A stretch of 64,000 nucleotides of DNA from Candidatus Sumerlaeaceae bacterium (GTDB taxonomy: Bacteria; Sumerlaeota; Sumerlaeia; Sumerlaeales; Sumerlaeaceae). The notes under the pieces are model-generated. The model was not told the DNA's origin. It made no database searches and saw only the letters and a list, made by a program, of their open reading frames with translations. Numbering within the stretch: the first letter of the stretch is position 1; each line of letters opens with the position of its first letter. Below are positions 60,238-64,000 of the stretch, one piece after another. The DNA lies in contig JBPCLP010000013.1 in NCBI GenBank assembly GCA_051003195.1, positions 64,001 to 128,000 of the forward strand. The letters are read 5' to 3'. Both the position numbers and the translations under genes were made by a program.

Positions 60238-60791
60238 CGCAACTCATCCCTCCCGTCCGTGGTTTTGTATTCCAGATTGCAGGAACCGTGCCTCGGTTTG
60301 TTCAGTACACTATGTGCAAATAAACCAGTAGTAAGCGCGGTAACTCAAAGACTCCAGGCATTGTGAACTTACGAAGCTTAGGGGACATCGGGGGAACGCC
60401 TACCCGGTTGTTGAACTGCTCGCTGAATTGGCGACCGCTGCGAAATTGTTCACCTGCCAACTGGAACCAGGAACTGTTACTAACTGCATTCTCGCGGTGC
60501 GAGTAAATCCGATCGCCGCACCCAGCTCTCGCACTCCCGCTGCGACCACTCCATCTACCGGATAACCATGCCTCCTTCGAGGATCACTTGTTATGCAGCA
60601 ATAAGTGCTCAGTGACTCAGGCAACGCAAGGCGTTAATTGTTTAACTTAGACGCGGCGCCCAGTTCTCCGTCCGCTGTTTTCACGTTGTCTGCCGCTTAT
60701 CATTCAGATGGCGGTATTTTGTTAAGTCGGGGCTTGGGCGAAAGCCTTCCGTCGTGTAGCATGGGAGTGCGTTGGGCAAAATCGGGAATGG

Positions 60792-61238
60792 TTAAATCCA
60801 ATCCCCAATTTTAAAGTTCGGCTGGAACGGATCAAGTATCCGTACACCCTCAATGGTTTGCTTGTTGCTCAAATCTTCGCTCAGAAGAATGTCTAACTGA
60901 TTGAGGTAAGCTGCTGCCCAGAGTTGAGCATCCCAAAACGATAACTGGTGTTCACGCACTGCCCGCGTTGCAGTAAGTACCATGCGTGCTGTCAGCTCAA
61001 TGATCGGCCAGGCCGCAACGAACACCGCTACTTGGCCAGCTGCCTCTGCATGCGTTAGTTTCGGGACTAGTTTTTTTGTGCTGACACTGTAGAACTCTGA
61101 TAGAGATTGGACACTGAGTGAACCTTCGCCCAATTCCTGCAGTTCATCCAGCAGGGACAACGCTCGCTTTTGCTTCTCAGGCTCTCTCGGATCATGCGCA
61201 TAGATCAGGATATTCGTATCAATCAGTATCCCGGCCAT
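60792..61238 (-). CDS. PIN-domain (VapC-like) toxin
   Basis: IDTNILIY, QSLSEF, LSFWDA and LSED acidic tetrad. Confidence 0.92.
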   Translation of the reverse strand: MAGILIDTNILIYAHDPREPEKQKRALSLLDELQELGEGSLSVQSLSEFYSVSTKKLVPKLTHAEAAGQVAVFVAAWPIIELTARMVLTATRAVREHQLSFWDAQLWAAAYLNQLDILLSEDLSNKQTIEGVRILDPFQPNFKIGDWI

Positions 61239-61497
61239 ATCGCTCCATAAGGTCCTCGTAAGCGTCTTCTCTTGTCCAACTGCGTTTTCGCGGAGTAACG
61301 TCCAACCTCATCCGTTTGTGTATCAGTCGTCGAGCACGCTTCCAGGATTCCGCGTCATAACCACGCGAACCAGTTCCGCTCAGGTGCTGGTCAATTGCAT
61401 GGCGGATCATTGCCGCTTCGCTGAACCCTTTACCCTGCGAGTGGCGCTTCAGCAGTTGTTCCTGGCGCTCGGTAATGTAGATCTGTTTCCGAATCAC
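61219..61497 (-). CDS. Ribbon-helix-helix (CopG-like) antitoxin
   Basis: RKQIYI...LLK.......SEA.MIR.AID and WTREDAYE; overlaps the PIN gene by 20 nt. Confidence 0.87.
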   Translation of the reverse strand: MIRKQIYITERQEQLLKRHSQGKGFSEAAMIRHAIDQHLSGTGSRGYDAESWKRARRLIHKRMRLDVTPRKRSWTREDAYEDLMERYGRDTD

Positions 61498-61621
61498 AAT
61501 AACAATTACCTACCATTCAGTGGTCATACATCACAATATACATCATCACTCTGTACGACTTCAATTGAATTGCGAAAGGGAGTTTCGGGCACCGGCGAAC
61601 CCCGCTGTCACGTCCCACATC

Positions 61622-61757
61622 CCCGGCGATTCTTACGTTCGGATTACCGTTTTTCAAGTGGCGAAATTAACCCTTTTTCGCCATCTGGAATTTATCTTCA
61701 AGCCTTTCTAGCTTCTACACGCCAACTCGAAAAACCTGAAAGCCTCCATTGCAGTCG
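61622..61757 (-). repeat. Non-coding element copy B (inverted partner of 55126-55284)
   Basis: Reverse complement reads CGACTGCAATGGAGGCTTTCAGGTTTTTCGAG...GTGTAGAAG..GAAAGG..GATAAAT..TGGCGAAAAAGGGTTAATTTCGCCACTTGAAAAACGGTAATCC..CGTAAGAATCGCCGGG, collinear with copy A. Confidence 0.85.
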
Positions 61758-61793
61758 GAACGAAGCGCTTCAGCAGCAACCGGATGCCGAAGC

Positions 61794-63413
61794 CTAATAG
61801 CCCGCCCAGCCCGCAACGTTCGCCGGCGCGGGAATTTCATCGGCGCCTTTGTGTGGTGCCACAGGGTTGCGCGTTTGCCCGTCGATATCGGTCGTCACCT
61901 GTGCAATAGGGAGCCCCTGAAACAACGTTCCTGGGAACGCCGTGAAATGGTGATCGGACAACGAGGTCCATAGACCGGCAGCGGGTGGATTCGCGACCCG
62001 GGGATTGGCATAAGTGGAATTGAGATCCTGGCCGGACTGCGTGCGCCACGCAGTAAGGTCCGCGTCCGAACCCAACCGGAGATAAAAACTGTTTCGGTCG
62101 GAGGTAAAGCTGCCCGGGGCTGTCCGGTAAATGCAGACACCAGTGGTTTCTTCCATGCAGAAGATGTTGTTCTTCGCTACCACGTTGGTCGTGCGGGCAG
62201 GAAAGCTATCCGGGATGGAGAGGCACGAGGGTGTATAACCCGCGGAACCTGAAGCCCGCTGCGACAGATGAACGGAGTTGTTGTACACATTGGCCGACTG
62301 CGCGACTGTGCTGGTGCCGGCGACATAAATGCCCGCCACCCATTCCTGGCCAAACGTTATCTGTACGTCGGCCACCATGTTGTTATAGATGTTATACGAA
62401 AAGCCGGATGCGCGGGTTCCCAGTACCATGCCACTGACGGGCAGAAACGCGCCGCGCTTTCCATGCACCTGCAGAATTCGATTGTTAAAAATGTTCACGT
62501 CGGTGGACGTTGTATTGCCTGCTCCGCTGTGCCAGATGCCGATCGCATAGCCGTCTGAAACCGTATCGAACTGTTCGACGGAAATAGTGTTACTCGACAC
62601 TTCCGCACCGCGCGAGTTCTGCAGTTCAACGCCACTGCGATTGGCTACAATGCGGTTGTTGCGCACGATAATGCCGGCCTGTGCGCCGGGTAGTTCGGTA
62701 AAGGCATTCAGGTTCTTTGCGGTCGCGGCAACTCCGCTTCCGAATTTATACGCGCCAACCAGGATGTCGTTGTTTTCGACCAGCCCGTTGTCCGGATACT
62801 CATCGGTAATTTGGGACGAAAGGTAGTACGAGGCAAACTGCACCGCCGGAATAACCGTCGTCCCAGTGGGGCTGGGGGCAACGGTACGGATCGAGCAGTT
62901 TTTCACCTGGCAACCGTCAGAGTTCCCCACGATTTGCACTACCGGAAGCAGCTGACCAAGCAGGGGGTCCTTTAACAGCGTCAGGTTTTGCGAGCTCGTG
63001 CCGTTGTTGGATCCATCAATAATTACATTGTCGGTTTTCACGAAACCATTTGAGGAATCCGTCAGCGTCGAAGTCGTGCCAATTGCCAGGTGCGCGCGGC
63101 CTGAACTGCTGGTGAACTTCACTGTGACGCTTGCGGCCGTCTCAGGCTTGATGATCAGGCGGTTGCCGTTGAGGTTGCTCTTGCCGAATGTGAGGTTCGA
63201 TGGCTCCGTCAGGTCGGTCCTGATTCGCAAAACCCAGTCGCCGCCCGTGAGTGCAGGCCCATTCTGGATTTGCGATAGCGCGGTTGAGAGACTTGGATAG
63301 TCAGCCGGTCCGGTTGCCCCAATCGTCGAAAAGCCGGGGCCGACCCCGTTGTAAAAAGCTGCCATCGCTGTCGAGCTCAGAACCGCAATGCCGATGCACA
63401 GTATCCGACGCAT
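61794..63413 (-). CDS. Secreted right-handed beta-helix (pectin-lyase-like fold) protein with V-x-G-W-x-x-Y tail
   Basis: Signal peptide; repeated V.NN.I / IYNN strands; TTDIDGQTR....KGADE; ends PAPANVAGWAGY. Confidence 0.8.
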   Translation of the reverse strand: MRRILCIGIAVLSSTAMAAFYNGVGPGFSTIGATGPADYPSLSTALSQIQNGPALTGGDWVLRIRTDLTEPSNLTFGKSNLNGNRLIIKPETAASVTVKFTSSSGRAHLAIGTTSTLTDSSNGFVKTDNVIIDGSNNGTSSQNLTLLKDPLLGQLLPVVQIVGNSDGCQVKNCSIRTVAPSPTGTTVIPAVQFASYYLSSQITDEYPDNGLVENNDILVGAYKFGSGVAATAKNLNAFTELPGAQAGIIVRNNRIVANRSGVELQNSRGAEVSSNTISVEQFDTVSDGYAIGIWHSGAGNTTSTDVNIFNNRILQVHGKRGAFLPVSGMVLGTRASGFSYNIYNNMVADVQITFGQEWVAGIYVAGTSTVAQSANVYNNSVHLSQRASGSAGYTPSCLSIPDSFPARTTNVVAKNNIFCMEETTGVCIYRTAPGSFTSDRNSFYLRLGSDADLTAWRTQSGQDLNSTYANPRVANPPAAGLWTSLSDHHFTAFPGTLFQGLPIAQVTTDIDGQTRNPVAPHKGADEIPAPANVAGWAGY

Positions 63414-63564
63414 TACCAGCCTTCCGCCACTAGAGTTGCACAAAGCGGCTGATCTTCAGCATCGCAACCGCGAACGAAGTAGTAACGTATGGCAGGATGC
63501 AATAGGTTATTAACTCTTGAACCGTGGCGTGGCGTCGGATTATTGAGTCGGCCAAAGGTAAATT

Positions 63565-63711
63565 ATGCCAAGTTCACGAACGGTTCACAAGACGCCGAAG
63601 AAGGCCAACAACGTAGACGCGCTGAAGCCCAAGCCGTGGTCGGGGCCGGAGCGTCCCGCTGATACGAAAAGTACCAAGGGCGCGGGCAAAAAGAAGAAAA
63701 AAAAGAAGTAG
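63565..63711 (+). CDS. Small lysine-rich protein (48 aa)
   Basis: My translation is MPSSRTVHKTPKKANNVDALKPKPWSGPERPADTKSTKGAGKKKKKKK*, with SD-like AAAGGT upstream. It fills the gap before the convergent GDPD stop. Confidence 0.6.
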   Translation: MPSSRTVHKTPKKANNVDALKPKPWSGPERPADTKSTKGAGKKKKKKK

Positions 63712-63723
63712 TCGCTTCAGTTT

Positions 63724-64000
63724 TTACTTGGTGAGTTTAGTGAGGGTTTCGCGGGTGGTATCGGGCTTGTTGGTGGTGATTGCATCGATGCCCAGTTTGG
63801 TGACGCGCTCCACGTCTTCCGGCTTGTCGACTGTCCAGGCGAGTAATGCGAGTCCCGCGTCGCGGGTCTTTTTGGCCAGTTCTTCGGTGAGGTAGCGATG
63901 GTCGAGGTTGACGCCGTCAAACCCGGCCTCCTTCGCCTCGCGGATCACGTCGGGGTCGATCGCCTTCGGCGTGACGCCTTTCTTCGCAGTGGCGAGGTAA
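63724..64000 (-). CDS. Glycerophosphodiester phosphodiesterase, 3' part (runs off the window end)
   Basis: GL.LLAWTVD, LGIDAITTNKPD C-terminal GDPD signature. Confidence 0.85.
   Translation of the reverse strand, partial: YLATAKKGVTPKAIDPDVIREAKEAGFDGVNLDHRYLTEELAKKTRDAGLALLAWTVDKPEDVERVTKLGIDAITTNKPDTTRETLTKLTK

Overview
This 64 kb window is GC-rich bacterial chromosome. Three exported proteins end in a shared 'V-x-G-W-x-x-[Y/D]' tail that I recall from Candidatus Sumerlaeota (BRC1), so the taxonomy is an inference. The first ~50 kb is a mosaic of housekeeping genes outside their usual operons (argB, ftsQ-ftsA, tRNA-Leu(TAG), a UbiD-family decarboxylase, hflX, a long greA, lemA-TPM-TPM, folP, hisS-aspS, a lone atpC, an amidase and an oligopeptide ABC ATPase). 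Two unusual signalling modules sit among them: (i) a class III cyclase-Ser/Thr kinase-TM-WD40 receptor next to a Ser/Thr kinase with a cNMP-binding domain, and (ii) a membrane histidine kinase paired with a response regulator whose output domain carries a HEPN-type RNxxxH motif, a candidate phosphorylation-controlled RNase. The last ~14 kb looks accessory. It holds an operon of four similar-sized, very acidic all-helical proteins of unknown function, a 38-bp tandem repeat, and a ~140-160 bp element present twice in inverted orientation around a secreted protein, a PAS histidine kinase and an RHH/PIN toxin-antitoxin pair. It also holds a secreted beta-helix protein and a 48-aa lysine-rich ORF missed by the ORF track. 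I found no CRISPR array, rRNA, integrase or transposase.
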